Source: Botryllus schlosseri (lineage: Eukaryota). Taken from it: a stretch of DNA of 64,000 nucleotides. Positions 35,901 through 50,900 of this stretch are shown here, piece by piece (within the stretch, counting starts at the first letter, position 1; each line of letters opens with the position of its first letter). The stretch covers positions 17,422,001-17,486,000 of the forward strand of contig CM119374.1 in assembly GCA_051294905.1 (NCBI GenBank). Direction: 5' to 3'. Under the pieces are notes generated by a model, which saw only the letters and a program-made list of their open reading frames with translations, was not told the origin of the DNA and ran no database searches. The position numbers and the translations under genes were made by a program.

Positions 35901-38900
35901 TCATTTCAATTCTTATCTGTATTCAACTTCAATGATTTTTTAGGAAGTAATCTTTTGCCAAGGTAATCTGGTTGAAATTAGTTGAAAATGAAAATAAAGT
36001 AGTGTAGTAGTGTTCTATGAAGTACAGGTTGTTGAAATTGTTCATAAAATTACAAGTTCCCGGTATATTGTAAAATCGTTTCAGTGTCAACTTTCAAGAC
36101 TTTACTTCCGTTACTTATGTTAATGTTTCTAATGAGTAATGATTTATAAATATTTTTGTCACTTACACTTCACAAAATATGACCTAATAAAGCAGGGAAA
36201 GGGAAAACTAAAATTAATACTAATCATAAATGCTTGAAGAATAATCACATCTCACTTGGTATGAGCCTTGAGTGCTTAAGTAGCCTATTATGTGGTTCAC
36301 CTCATTTAAGAGTACAAGTGTACCATAAAAGATTCTTTTGTATTAATCTTTTTTGCATAATATCCAGCTGATATGTAATATTTTACATCCAAGACTGCTC
36401 GTGCCTGAAAATATATGTTTGACGTTTTCAGAGTAAATCTCAGAGTGGCAAGACCAACGCCAGTGTACTTCGCAATCTATTGGATAATAATCAAAACACG
36501 TATATCGTACCGCCATCAGAAAGCGATAACATGCAGAGGAAAGGACAGCGTAAGACGCAACGCAGTACGCCCACTCACTCGAATAAAGGTAGGTAACTAG
36601 ATATTCGAACCCATTTTCTACCCAAGCTTCCACACGTCTAATATGTTTGCTAAAACAATTCTAGTTCCTCTACAGTGTACAGGTAGCAATGTTCTATGTT
36701 TGAAAGAAAGAAATAATAGTGCTTCCGAGGACGCACTTTGTCCAAGCTTCCTGATTGACGCAAGAGTTTACCCAATTGCAAAAACAGCCTGCTGAAATGC
36801 TTGGTACATTTTTGTTATAGTGGATGAAACCAAAACGTCATCCTTAGGGCATTTACACAAGTTATAAACTATTGCGATGGTATGATTGCGCCAGCAGCTT
36901 GATTGTCATACCTCGTACCTCAATTCAAAGTCTGTCAGAAAGAGTTACCTTTAGTTCAACCTATTTAACACGTTAAAGTACTTAGCAACTGGAATACTCC
37001 GGTCATGAATTATTTGAGGTGTCATTTAGTTGCTTACTGCGTGGGAAGCTTGCCAAGACTATTATTTGATATATCGATGTAGTTTGATCATGCTTCAAAT
37101 ATCAGATTGCTTTTGAATGTAATTTACTTTGATTAGGGGATTAACCTGTGGAAGATGATAGTCATGCCTCGGTTTGCGGTTTTTCGGAATCCTGATGATG
37201 ACGTAATGCATTAATATAGGTCGTCGGTTCAGTATTAATGCTGGTGATTGCGTCAAGTCCTGCAGGTTTCATATGGTCACCTCGAATAACTGGTCATGCG
37301 TTATTCGCTGACTGTTTCCCGGTTACCTGGTGACAAAGCGGTCGATTTGTTGCAGTGTCCATCAAAGTGGACGTAGAGCCAAAGTCGGCTGAAGTTAAAG
37401 CGTTGGAACAAAAAATGATTACGGATTTAAAAAAGCGAAAGTCCGACTTGGAAGACCAACTCTACGACAAAGTTCAGGAATTGAAAGCAGTCTGTCAGGA
37501 AGAGCTGGTGAGCGAACGTTTCCTGCTTTGTGATTGATTCTTCCTGTGTTTTGTTTGCTGGCCGTGAGAGGCTGCTCAGGGTCAAAAGATCAATGGCTGG
37601 TAGCTATTTGACTCCGTGAAAGACTAATTCACATTGATTGCATTATCACGGTTTTTGTGCCTTACCTACTGTTCGTGCTTCAACAATGCATCTGATCTGT
37701 TGCCGTAAATTCAAGTCTGTGCGAGTGTGCGTACATGATGTGTGGGAGTTGTTTCGTGTTAGGTTCAATTGAGTTTTTTAGTAATTTCATGATTGTAAAA
37801 CACCACAATATTGTGATATAATGAAAAGATAGGAAAGACAAAGGAGTCGAAACAACTTGAAGTAGTCTTTCAATCTAACACTGACCTTGGCATAGAACAT
37901 GTTAATACGACGTATGCACCCTTTTTGCAACCAAATTCTCCAATTTTGCGTGTTTAGTTACAGGACCAGCGGTTAAAGTCCCGTATTGCACAATCAATAT
38001 TCATGTATCAAACCAAGTACCGGTATTTGTTTTTGAGCAAGGACAATGATGAATCTAATCAAATTCACGTTTCCTTAATTGTATTCAATCTGCATGTCAT
38101 GCATTCCTGGTTGCATCTACGCTGGCTGTAGTAACTGTACTATATATTTGGCTGTGTACCAAATAGCTGACGGTTGCAGTCAGTACATATTGAGAAGTTG
38201 TGATGATGAAATTTTTCAGAAGTCATTTTGACTGCAATTCGACCAATCGAGGTTAGTTGCAGGCTTGATGTCATCTTGCCATCGATAAGCAACCGTATTT
38301 GAGATGTGAAAATTTGTTCGCAAAACATTCATGGCTCGCCATGTCGTGTGTTAGATTTTTCATTTGCCAGATTCAAGCATTGACCAAAGGTCGGCGTTCG
38401 TTGGCATGAAATTGTTTCGTTGATTGACACAGTGTGTTGATATGATTGGCATCGATTTTGACATGCGTCATGTCAAAGCAGGACTCGATAAAAATAAATC
38501 TTACTTCATTCCAATCAAATCGATTTGATACTTTGTTTGTCTTAGTTGATATTGACGTATTGATTCTTGATAATGAAATTGCCGTGACTTGCTTGTACTC
38601 TCAGGTTGAATTAATGGATCTTGACAAATTTGCAAGTTTCTTTGAATCTAATGATTGAAATAGATATTTTGCGTCTTTGGTATGACTTCACGGAATCTAG
38701 AGTCATTTAGTAATGAAATGTAAAACGTCATGGTGCCTCTATAATAATCCAATCGCTTATAATAGGTTATGACTAAGAGTTGATTTGTGCTCTGAAATGC
38801 ACTCTGCTAACATGTATACACAAACAGAATGGCATTAGTACTTTGCAATATATTTACGGTAACTGGTATGATAGGTACTAGAAAAAGTGAAACAACGTAT

Positions 38901-41900
38901 GCACCACTTTGTAAACATCACAGTTGATATCTTAGTTCTGTATGTTTGTGAAACCTATGTAGACACTGTTGAATACACTGTCTTTTCCATTGGATTGGGT
39001 TTCGGTAGTATAATAATTAAACCTCCCTGTTGCTTCTTTAATCACTGAGAATTTATTGACTTTACCCTCTGCGAGTACGCCTACACTCTACACTACGGAA
39101 TGGCAATTTCTTGATCGGTTTCGGGGTATGTTTAATGTTGAACATGCATTCCAGCAATAGCACAATTGAAGAGTGGCATACACAGAGGTTTTCAAGTGTT
39201 CATTGTTACTGTTCAAGTAGAAGTAGAAGCAATGCTTTCAATTTTGAAATTGCGAAGTATTTATTCACGACCAACACAAACTCACTAATGGCACTATAAA
39301 TAGGTCCAATCTTCGCATATTTTAGTTACCGTGACACAGGGGTGATCTCACATTGGTTTTATGACAATTTCCCACTGCTTTCAAATTTTGAGAATTTGAA
39401 GTATAAATAGAACGTAGTACCTTCTAAAAAATTGGAAGTAGTCGAAAAATATACATACTTCAGTAAGATTTTCCAGTAGGCATAACCTACTTGGAGTACT
39501 ATAAAAGAGTAGAAGTACTTCATTGCTCGCAAATGATCACCTCTGACTATAAGTAAGTGTAAGATTTACTATTGTATCATTCCAGTCTCCAGAGCTATTA
39601 GGCAATTCTGCGAAAATTGTTGCTTCCTAGATGTAGCGTAGAGGTGTTATTATGGCCTCGATGCGTGTGCGTGTGTGTGATATCATTAAATATTTAATGC
39701 AGCAGGGTTTTGATTAGTGTGCGTGTCAATGATTTTCTTGCATGCCTGAATCTCATACGCGAGGTCGATTATTTTCAGAATCTCACTAAAAAGATCCCGT
39801 ACGACTACCTCCGTTATATTCTGCCGTGGGAGGAAAAGCCGGTGCCGGAACGGACGATCGGCGCGTCCTATCCGGTACAGTTGCGTCACAACAACAACAA
39901 GTCCCACCACAACGACCCTTCCGTGACGGCCGAACTGCAGAAACTCGAATCGGAATGCGACTTGTTGAATCAAATCACGAAAGCCGCCTACAAGCTGGCG
40001 TACGACCCGACGCTGCGCGGAAAGACCAAAAAGAAGCGGCTGCAGTCGTATCAGAAATCGTTGAAAAAGCTTCAGGTAACTTCTGTTTACTTGGTTTATG
40101 ATAAGCCGGCATAGATTTGATGAATGCCAGTGGGACGCGAGTAATTGACGATTGTGTCGCACGATTCACATGTGTTGTGTAGCTTCAAAAGTAGAATGCG
40201 ATATGTTGAGTGTTGAGTCGACGTGCTTATTTGCTAATGTTGCCGGCTTGATTGATGACAATCGAGTCGTTTGTCGGAAATATTAGGGTATTGAACAGGC
40301 CACCTTATTGCTCGAATAATACCATGGGTAAGTAAATGCACTTGCGAGTAATGAGTATTCTATCTATCGGATTTAATCGTGACTCGTGGTTAAAACAAGA
40401 AATCTTAGTATTTATTTCGATGCGAAAGTATTTCATTTGAACCTGACGTCTCAGTACTACTATTCATATGCATCCGTACATTTTTCACAACTGACCGTGT
40501 CTCGCGAGGCCCTAAGTGTCCTGAACAGTGACTTGAAATTAATATCAAAATCTGTGAATACCATAGGGTTGTTTTAATCAGAGAAAGGCATGTATAAGCA
40601 ACTACACCCACCCACCACACTGTAGGTATTATGGTAACATGGTCTTGGCGCAGTAGACCAGGCATGATCTGACCTAAGTTCGTATGATAATGAAGGATGA
40701 AGCCTCTCTAGTTGTAAAGCGACATAGTTTCAGCAGTTACCACGTCAATGCCTGATGGCCTAAACGGACAATATTAACGTTGATATACAATTGCCCAGTG
40801 TGGAATATGCCGTCGAATTACATGCACACACCCAATGGTGGCACGTTTGGATCGATAGGCTATATCGCAGCATCGTCGCTGTTGTATTGATTTATGTGGG
40901 TGTTGTTTCATCATCCTAATTTCATGCAGACTGTAGAAAATCGAATTGACGAACTGCGTACCAAGCAAGGTCGGGACGCCGCGTTTCGGCAGTCTACGTT
41001 GATTATGACCAGCGATTTCGACATCATGACCGCTATGAGGGAGTGCAGTATCGATGACAAATCGGAGAGGAGTTCATTATCAGAAGGTCAGTGATCTTCG
41101 CTTCAATACCGGATATCTTATCGTTATCAAGTCGAATGTGCAACCGATGGAAGCTTGAGTGCCAACTCGAAATTTGAAGCATTGTTGTGGACTCCGCTTT
41201 TCCCATAACGATGATTTAATCGTTTTGAATAGACCATTTTTGACCGAGTTTCGTTCAAGATTGTATTTAATGACGGTCCTTAGAGGGGGTGATGATAATA
41301 AGAGTTCAAGTCACAGTGATTGATTTTTTGATTCAAAATTGTGAAATCTAATACTGTTTTGCAATGGTCCAGCCTGGTACGGATAAATAAATGACGGTAT
41401 CGTAGGTCGACTTAGTGTGAATTTTGTGACAATGCATTGAAACTATAGGGCTAGCACGTTAGTGGGACACATCGTGGTACTTAGTCTTATTCCTGTAATC
41501 TTAGTACTAAGTCCTGTATGTATCTTTGTTTGTTGTACTTAGCTTATGTAATTCTGAAATTAAATTATCTCTGTCTCAACAATGGAGATTCAAAGCGCTA
41601 GAATCGGAAATTGTGCCCTCATGGAGCAGGGATTCCCAACCGTGGCTCTCAGAGCCTTAAGGTAGCCTTCTTGCAACTCTGATTGACCTCAAAATATGCC
41701 ACAAAAATAGGATAGACGGCAGTTGTTGTTTGTTTCAATGAATAGTTGGAGTCAATTTCTGTATATGGATGCCAAGATGAGGGCTATTAGTTGTGTCTAA
41801 AGCCGTCCAAGGCCGCTTCTTAAAACCGGGAAGAGAATTCTTGCAGACTAGCGTCAAACGCATGGATAATACCGGTCAGACCAGGATATATCTTGATTTC

Positions 41901-44900
41901 CGCTGGTCAGAGACCTTTATTAACATCAAAATAAGAACTCATAGTCAAATATATATTGCAACAAGTCCAGTATTACTCAACGTATAAGCCCGCGCATGAA
42001 GTGCTGAAATGTATGAAGAGCTATCACACAACAATATAATAGTATGTTGTAGTAATGGTATGCATTTTCAGTGTATTTCAATACATAGCACTCGTCAATC
42101 TGCGTCTATCACTGCTAAAATAACCGATATAGAATGTGTATAGGAGTCTATGTGCATGCTTTCGGATTAGCTGGATGGTGATATCCAGAGGTAGGCTAAC
42201 TACCTATAATTTTTCGTTGTCAATAGCCAACTCGAGAGTTTTCATGCGGCAAGTTTGAAATGCGACTCCGACATCCAAAAAGGTTGGGAGCCACTGATTT
42301 GGAGTGTATATTGGTGATGTGCATTTGGGTGAAATCTTGGAAATGCAGAAAAATCCCTCAGGCATCACCGACCCCGTCTCCGCCCTAAAAAAAACGCATC
42401 CCCGTGCAGTTGGAATTGTGCAGCCATCTCCGATAGTACTCTGTTTCATGTGCCACTCACAACAAATCATTTTTATGAACTTCATTGGACGCAGGAATGG
42501 TACTCTTTTACAACACGTATAATTTATCTGCAGGTATGATGCTGGACGACGAGACGTCGTGTAGCAGCGGTGCGGAAGCGCTGTCGACGCACAGCACCCC
42601 CGCGTTGTCATCAAGAGTGAAATCGCGCTCGGCAGATGTGGACGTCTGCGACGCTAATTTTCAAAGGTACAGTTTCAAGTAGTGTGATCGACATCGAGAT
42701 TTTGAATCATTTGCTGTTACAAGTGTTTTTGCTGGTGAAGACGATAGTTTCTGACGTTATGAAACGTTGACGTCTTCAGGTCGAGGACGCCCCCTCCGAA
42801 GATGGCTTGGCTCGAAACCCCGAAATCCAAACTGCCAAAGAACGGTCGGATACCGTCCAACAACTCCTATCCGGTGATGCCTTCTCCGACTTCGATTCGA
42901 TCCACAACGTCGTCTGGGGCAGATACCCCACCGACTCGCAGTAGCCGTGACGACTTGAGATGGGATCAACCAAGGTTAGGATTTTGCTAGTTGTTGGTTA
43001 GTTCTGGGCTAAATCGAGTGGTGGGGGGACTCGATTCAGCCTGGGTGTCATGCATTCCTGGTTATTCACTACAGACCTGCTGTAGTGATGTACTATAACT
43101 AACTGTGTATCAAATAGCCGATTGCAATTGTAACACCGCCTATTACGACATTGTCGACATAACAGTAATAATGACTCTAATAATTTTGTATTTCTCGACC
43201 TTTAATATTCGATAGCGCGATCACTGACATACTTGGAGAAATGTAATTTTCGGTATGTTTTGGATGCTGAGTGGTTTCAAATATCCCCCGGTGGGAAGGA
43301 AGCATCGAAACTATATTTTTCGTTGATAAAAAAAACTTTAGTGCGAAGCGCATATATTCACAGAAAGTTAAGGTTGGGTTAAAATTGTTTTATTGCGTGT
43401 GTAGGCGTTACAAAATGTGTATTCATGTAAATTTTATTGGTTGATCGAAATACAATCTCAACCTCTCGTTTAGACAACGAAATGCAGTCTGGAAAGAGTC
43501 TTCGTTGGACAGTCTGGAATCAACGGGTAGCAGGCAAAGCAACGATCGTATCATTTCGAGTCCCTCGAAAAGGAGAGGCAAACATATTCCGGTGAGCACG
43601 AAATTGATTTTGTCGCATCTCGAAATTTTTGTAATATTTCGCCCCTGAGTGGGAGGGCTGGGCAGTATCGATTATCTGAGTGAGTCAATTTGATTTCTGG
43701 TGTTGAGCTTCGATTCGAATAATTGTAGTATCAAATTGACAATGACGTGATAATTTCGTTATTATGCAGCATGATTGTTTCCTAGCGCTTGGTGACCTTT
43801 GACCGTTTCGAGGATCTGTCAATACCTGACAGAAATCCTGTTGAATAAATAAAGGTATCGTTTTGCAACATATTTTTGATGCCGAGATTAGGCTAACCGA
43901 GGGCCCATCGTTGAAATTAGGGGAATTCTTTCGGTGAAAGCCGTCTATTTTCTTTACTCTGCTCTCACTACTGAACAATATCATTTCAACTGTCACTTGA
44001 CCATATTGTGATGCCCAGGCTTGTTCTGAGCCTGGTAGGTTAATGAATACGACTGAGTATTGAAATTCTCGTTAAGAACGATAACGCCAGACGTATCGCA
44101 AGAGCCCGTAACGCCCGGCAGAGCGACAAAACCAAATCGCGAGATTCTTCAAACCGATCGAATCCCATTGTGGACATCGTTGAAAACACTGTCCGGGAGG
44201 GCCGCGTCGACAGCAGGACCAGCCTGACCGATTCTGGCCACGGCACGGACAGCCGGGGCCCGTCTTTTCACGAGGATGACACCCTGCGGAGGAAGAAGGA
44301 TGATCGTACGGAACTAAAGAAGGATGTGAGTGCCCCTATACTTACTTTGGTATTCATCTTGCTGCCACAGCGGACATTTTCTAATCACCAATACATGCCT
44401 GTTTGATTACCAAGTCTAGAATCGATCTAGGAATGTTAGTGGTCTGCCCAGTACCCATGTGGACTACCTCATAGTCCAATTCATTTCTCCTCCAACACAC
44501 TAGCATTCTAATTTTCACCAATTTTTTCAAGCGGAAAGAAAATGACAGGCTTTCTTTGTAATTATAAGCGAAATCAGCAAGCCTGCGATTCAGAGATTGC
44601 GCTCTCCGGAAGCGCTATTTAGCCTTAATGCAGTTTAATTGAAGAGTTGTGTTGAATGTTGATTCCGTTCTATTTTCCTTTTCCGCACTGACTTTAGGAT
44701 GCAAATATTAGCTACGGATATATTCAAAGTCAACTTTCCCCTTGTACGTTTGCATATCTGTGTGACTGGCTTAATGTTGTGTTGCCACTAGGGTTAGTTC
44801 GGATATCAATAATTTTCACTATCCGGATAACGGATATATCCGTATATTTGGAATTTTAGCTAACCGGTTAACCGGATAGTGAATCCTAAGTGAGATAATC

Positions 44901-47900
44901 GATTTCACGAGGTCTGCATGAAAAATGGATCGCAAAATCATTACACAGTGTAATTGCAGCTCCCTCCTTATAAATCACACCGCATCAATAGTGGCATCCT
45001 GTAGCCCGGACCGGAGTTTTGTAACAAAGAGTCCACACGTATTAAATGCTCTTTCTGCTTACATAAAATGGGCTGAGTTATAGTAGTCTAAGCAAGGCTG
45101 AATATAGTAAGCAGCGCTTCCTTTTTGCCCATTCTTCTGTTTAGGTGTCCACTGTCCAGTACTGGAAGGACGAGTAGCTGATACCGGATTTGAGGCTGAC
45201 ATGATAGCTCGCTCTAATTCCTCCATGAGAAATTCACATGATCAGGCCCGTAGCCAGCCGAAAAATAAGGGGGGTGTTTTTAATAAAACGAGGTGGTTTC
45301 GATTTTTTTCTTCGAATTTAGTATCAGCGGGAATCAATTACGGTTGCACGCACGAACATGTTTCCGGAATTCGAACATTCGATGTCATTCAGTTTCGCAA
45401 TGTCACTCATTTATTAGAATCGCTGATCATAATAATATCAGCGGCATATTGTCTCCAAGCCACCAAGAGATAGGAGCCAACGCATGCCGGCCCGAGACTA
45501 TGGTAACGCCAGCGATGATATTGTTCGTACCATGCCTATTGCAGATGCGATTGCGCAGGCCAGCGATAATATCGTGAGCATCAAGCCAATGCAGATGCGA
45601 TTATGCAGGCCAGTGATGGTGTAATGTTCACAGAGCCTATTGCAGATGTGATTCTGCCAGCGGATCTATAGGCTTGTTGAAGACTCGAAAAACCAGGCCA
45701 GCAACGATAGCCGAGTTCGCGGAAATCAATGACCTAATTTGGCGATCTTCTCAGCGGGAGATTGCGTCGCGTTACACCGTGCATTGACGTATCCCGCTAA
45801 TCGCCGACACGCTTCTCGCTAATTGGCCGCGCGAAACACTGATAATACGACTTATTGAAGCTTCCTAAAAGTTTAAAACACATTATTAACGATACTATTT
45901 TATCCGGTTGACCGGCAGATTTATTTCTGGATATCGGATAATAAAAACACCTGCGGTTAACCGGTTAACCGATAATCCAACCCTAGTTGCCACGCCTGGG
46001 GAGAAAACTAAGGACTCTATGAAAAATTCGATAACATTTGGGTGTATTTTGATAAAAGTTGGTAGTACTGTTTAAAAATTTTCAGTCAAAGATCAGAGGC
46101 GGTCAATTGCTCATGTGATAGACTACCCCCCACTTTATTTCCCAGAGGTCCCAACTCACTTTGGACGCAACCATTCCAAACATTTATTCGTCAGTGATAT
46201 TTGTATGCTCTTTTCGGATTCGATTCTTGAATAACCAGTTACCATGGCGACTCTCCGTTCCAGATCAGCGACTCATCTTCCCTGTCTGAACTGTCGACGC
46301 GCAGCACCCCGGTTCCGGGCAACTACCCCACGTTTGTGCCCGCCTTCATCGCAAATCGAGGTCGCTCGTCCACCCAAAACGACCCGCAAGTCCATCTGGA
46401 ACCTGCCGGTCCAGATAGAGCACGCAAGAGAAGTTCCAGCTTCACCGAAACCGGCAGTGTAATTTCGAGACCGGCCCACAAGGATGCCATGCGAACTCTG
46501 ACCCGGCAAAGGGGTGAATATGATAAATCTGATACCGGGTCACGTCAAGGGCACGTTATGTCTGGGCAACGTCCGCCGAATAACTCTGATAACCCAATGA
46601 TATCCCAAAAATATCCAGTGAACGTCCCAAACAACCATATGTCCGGACAACATCCCACGAATACTAAGGATACACAAATGTCCCAGATGAATCCTACGAA
46701 GGTGCCTAATAGCCAGATAATGTCCGATCAACGTCCTGCGTTCGCGAAAAGCCGCAGCGCCACCGAAACCGGTCCGCCTCAATTCGAGACCAACTTTAAC
46801 ATACAACAGCAGTACTACTTGAGCCACGGACCTGGTCGGCTGGTCCGGCAACGTAGCGTAGACGATAACATACAGGACACGGTCGATTCAGCCGCGACCC
46901 AGCAATATGTGTCGGTCACCGATAAGTATTATCACCAGGACGGTTACCCTATGGGTAACACTAACGGGAACAATAACAAATTGAACTTCGGGCAGTTGTA
47001 CAGGATTCCCCAGGGCGAGTATCGTACGCAGGAAAGGGCGCGTACCCCCCAACAAGGGGGCGCCGCAAACAATAACATCCCGAAGTCGAACAGCCTCGAC
47101 AGTATATTGGAGAGTCGGAAGGCGCCCGTGCAGGAGCACATGGCGTACCAGCAAACTTATCATCAGCAGCAGGATCGCGGGATTTCGAATCGCACGCCTC
47201 CGACGCAGTATCACAGGGATTCGCCGCGTAGCGCTGGCACCCCCGATCCGGATATGGTGGTGCAGGAACAGGTAGGGCTGAAGTTCTTAAACTTGAGCCA
47301 TCTGTTTGCCTAGATTATCGGAATTCTGATGCCAGTGACATCATGGGGATACGATTATCCATATACAATGTTCTTTACAATTCAATGCTAGTTGGATCCC
47401 TTAATGATAGTCCACGAACTTGTGTTTGACTCGTGTCTTTGTTTGGAAGATGTCCGAGCAGCTCCGTGACCGACTGAACAACGAGGCTTTCAGCGAGATC
47501 CACGGGATGGGCTGGGTGCCGTCGTTGGACGACTATGGGAGCAGGGCTTCCGTGGCGGAGAGCTTGCCGGCCAATGCAAAACGCGAGGTGAGTTGTGTTT
47601 TTTATCGGATTTCCTCGAATCGGCCGTTCTTTAATGCCAAAATTTTAGGACAACATCATATGTTCTGGATGCTATGATTCAACCGGTCAAGGTTTCGAGG
47701 CTCCCATGCCGGAAGAAATTGTTGAGGCAATATTTTTTGTTGATTCGAGAGCCTTACCAATTAGTTACCTGAAAAAAATTCAACACGAATCTAATCATTG
47801 CCATCGATAACAGGCTCATGATATACCAGACCAGGATTCAAGAACCCAAATCCTTTTTTTTGAGCAGAATTTGTGCCCGAGTAGTGATAGGTAGTTTTAA

Positions 47901-50900
47901 CGTGGGTTTTCCTCACTCGGTAATTTTACGTTCAGGACATCCAGCAATTGCTCAGGGATGCATTCGCCGGACGCAGCTCAAAGCAGCCCAGACGGGTCCC
48001 GTCGGCACCCATGAAAAGCAGGAAGGAAACCCATCAGATCCAAATGCGGATAAGAAACGACATGATGCGATTGCAGGAACAGGTACGCCTCGCAGCCTTG
48101 TCGACGTCGCCGGTATTTTCAAGATTTCCGATACTTTTTGCAGAGTCAAAAAGAAAAAGCGCTCCGCAGAGGAACGGACGACCCCACTTGGGAGGATTAC
48201 AAAAACAGCTACAAGTAAGCCCGCGCACCCTCTCGCCGACAGCATCCGGTTTCACTTTTGAAAATTTCCCGATCAGGCAGCAAAACCAGGCATCGTCGAA
48301 AAGCAACCACAAGTCGGGACGCGGCGGTGTCAATATCTTCGCTCACAATCAACCGCCACCCATCTCGCACCAGATGCAAAGCGACCGCTCCGAACGTGCG
48401 CCACACGGCGCCTCAAACAGAGAGTACCGACACGGAAACGGACATCCCGTGCAGAGCAATGCGTCAGGTAAGAACGAGCGAATGGATGTGTGGAGGTATA
48501 TGTTGTGTACTATTGTCAACTAGTTTGACTGCCTCTGCTTATAGATAACTGTTCCTAGACTTTCCGCTATCAATTTAAAATTTCAATGTCATTATTGTTA
48601 TTGGTCGTTGAAATGCTAGTAATTGCATCGATGAGATACAATTCAATGTCTGTACCGTTTTTTGCACGATTGTCGTGTGTAGAATGTAGATGCTAGCTTG
48701 CATTTGCACAGTCATTCATGTAGGACCTTCTATTTCTGGCCAGTCCGGAACTACCCTAGGTAATCCCTTAGAATAGAGCAGCCTACTACCCCTTTGCCTT
48801 TGGAAAATGCAGAAATTGCGTTAAGTCGATATTTCGGTGTTCTTCGCCATGTACCGGTAGATGGTATCAAAGTGTCTGCCCTACGTCTGTTTTCGATGTC
48901 ATATCTTTACCTTTCGGTGTATGATTTCTATTCTTTGCGGACGATCGTGCGTTGTTTGCATGCCAGTGTCCTACTGTTTGGACTTGCCGTAACGGCACGC
49001 GTTTTTGAATCTTGCACTCTTAACGTGCATTGGCGGGTTCGAACTAACGTAATTTGTCTCGGTCTGAAGGAAAAACTGGAATCGTTTTTCTTTATGGTTT
49101 TGGGTTTTTGTTCTTCGGGGGCATGCGAAATCGGATTCCTGGCGTTACGAGTCGGTGTCAGTGTCTAGGCTGATGTGATGTCATATCTCCATTGCTAATG
49201 AGACTGTCATCTCGCGCCGTATTTAATTTTGACTCGGAATCAAATTTACAAGTCGTCGAATATTCTGCACTGAAAATATCGTGAACCACTCAGCCTCACT
49301 AGAAATGACCACGTCATCAATACCAATACTTCATGTGCTGCATTATACTGTTTATGTTTTCAATACGGTTATAATTTCAGCGAGATCTTGGGTAAAACAG
49401 CTTGGGTATGCCGATAACTGCCGTCACTGACCGGTTATATAATATTATTACAGTCGGCATGCATCTATTTATTCGATAAATATCGTATGTGTATAAACAG
49501 CCTAGTGCACTTGTCACATATGCTTGAATCCATCATGGTCTCAATTCTCATGGTCTGTATGCGAAGTTGGCCGAGTCACTTTGAAAATGTACTTGAATTG
49601 ACTCGAAAGATTTTGGAAATCAATTGACTTGACTTGATCTAAATTTGCTGCGAATCGAAGGTAGTGACTTGATCCCAACACCGGGCGGCGTACAGTCGAA
49701 GAAATCATAGATTTTCAATGCGTAGTCCGACATCTCGCATTCTCATATCCCAGAATGGTACAGATCCCATTATATCGTTACATTGTAATATGCCCATTTT
49801 GAACTGGATATGCCTTCGTTCTGGTGCACTTTTTATGTATCGCCTGTTACTAACAAGCTACTGTTAACTTTGCATTTATCGTCTAAACTTTGTTTGTGTT
49901 TGTCAAGTGTTTGATCAATTATTTCACTACTTACGCGCATGCTTTTACGTCTTGAGTATCGACAGAAATAACGAATGTTATTTTTCTTCTTTTATTTCTT
50001 TTCCTACGCTTTCCTCGTGTACACTTCACCCCTCTTTCCGCCCGCATTTCTCAATTCTCACATTTTGCATCAATCACACCGCAAAATGAAACGATCCGTT
50101 GCATGATGTCCGCCTCATTTCATTGCACAAATGATGCAGACGGTAGATTGTCTTTCTCGCCACGGTACGACGGGTATCACGATAATCCTAATTACGGCAC
50201 GGTGAGGTCCCAGAAATCGGATCAAGGATATCCGGCGTACCCGAACGCCCATGGCAGGCAACGTAGTAGCCCTTTTGAGCGTACACATTTGTCATCAACC
50301 TTACCGAGAAAGTATGGGTCACGCGAAAGCTCACCGAAACAACACCCCAGCCCCGATAGGAAGCACGGTTCGTCACCCCGCGCAATCAACCCCTACTTAC
50401 CGAGGACTTATTCCAACCCTGTCAACTTGGATCCTAATTTCCAAACGGACCGCCACATTCAACACCGGCACCAGCACAGCGCAGACTCGCTGTTGTCCGC
50501 ACAATCCTTCATTCCTCCGACACAATCTTTCCCAGCGTCCAAAGAAAGCAGGAGAGAGATGCACCAATCCGCGACGAAGCCGCATTATCAGCAGGGGGGT
50601 TATTATCAAGGAGACGCACCACCTACGCAAATACGGTGAGTTATTTTTGTGGATCTTTGTTATTTTCGAACACTTCGTTTTGCAAATTTTTTGCTCTTGA
50701 TTAGGGCTGGGCAAGTGGCGAGGGTTGATTTTTTCTAGTAACAGAAATATACGCCTTCAAGCCAAGAGTAATATTTTACCAATGAAACATAGTTTCAACA
50801 CTTTCATTTCTACTGTCGGAACCTCGAAAACTTGTTTAGCCGTATATCAGCGCCGAAAACCTGCCGCGCGAGGCTACGTATATTTTAGAAGTAGCGATTT

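Noticed and set aside
44698-45292. Exonisation of the hAT remnant into FRMD4 (44698-44743 + 45145-45292 then 46239)
   Set aside because: The path is frame-compatible and the 44697 acceptor is strong, but the 45293 donor is weak and a direct phase-0 splice 44325^46264 explains the gene without it.
48794-49168. 124-aa hydrophobic ORF
   Set aside because: Starts at TTG, has no splice support or homology, and reflects T-rich intron composition.
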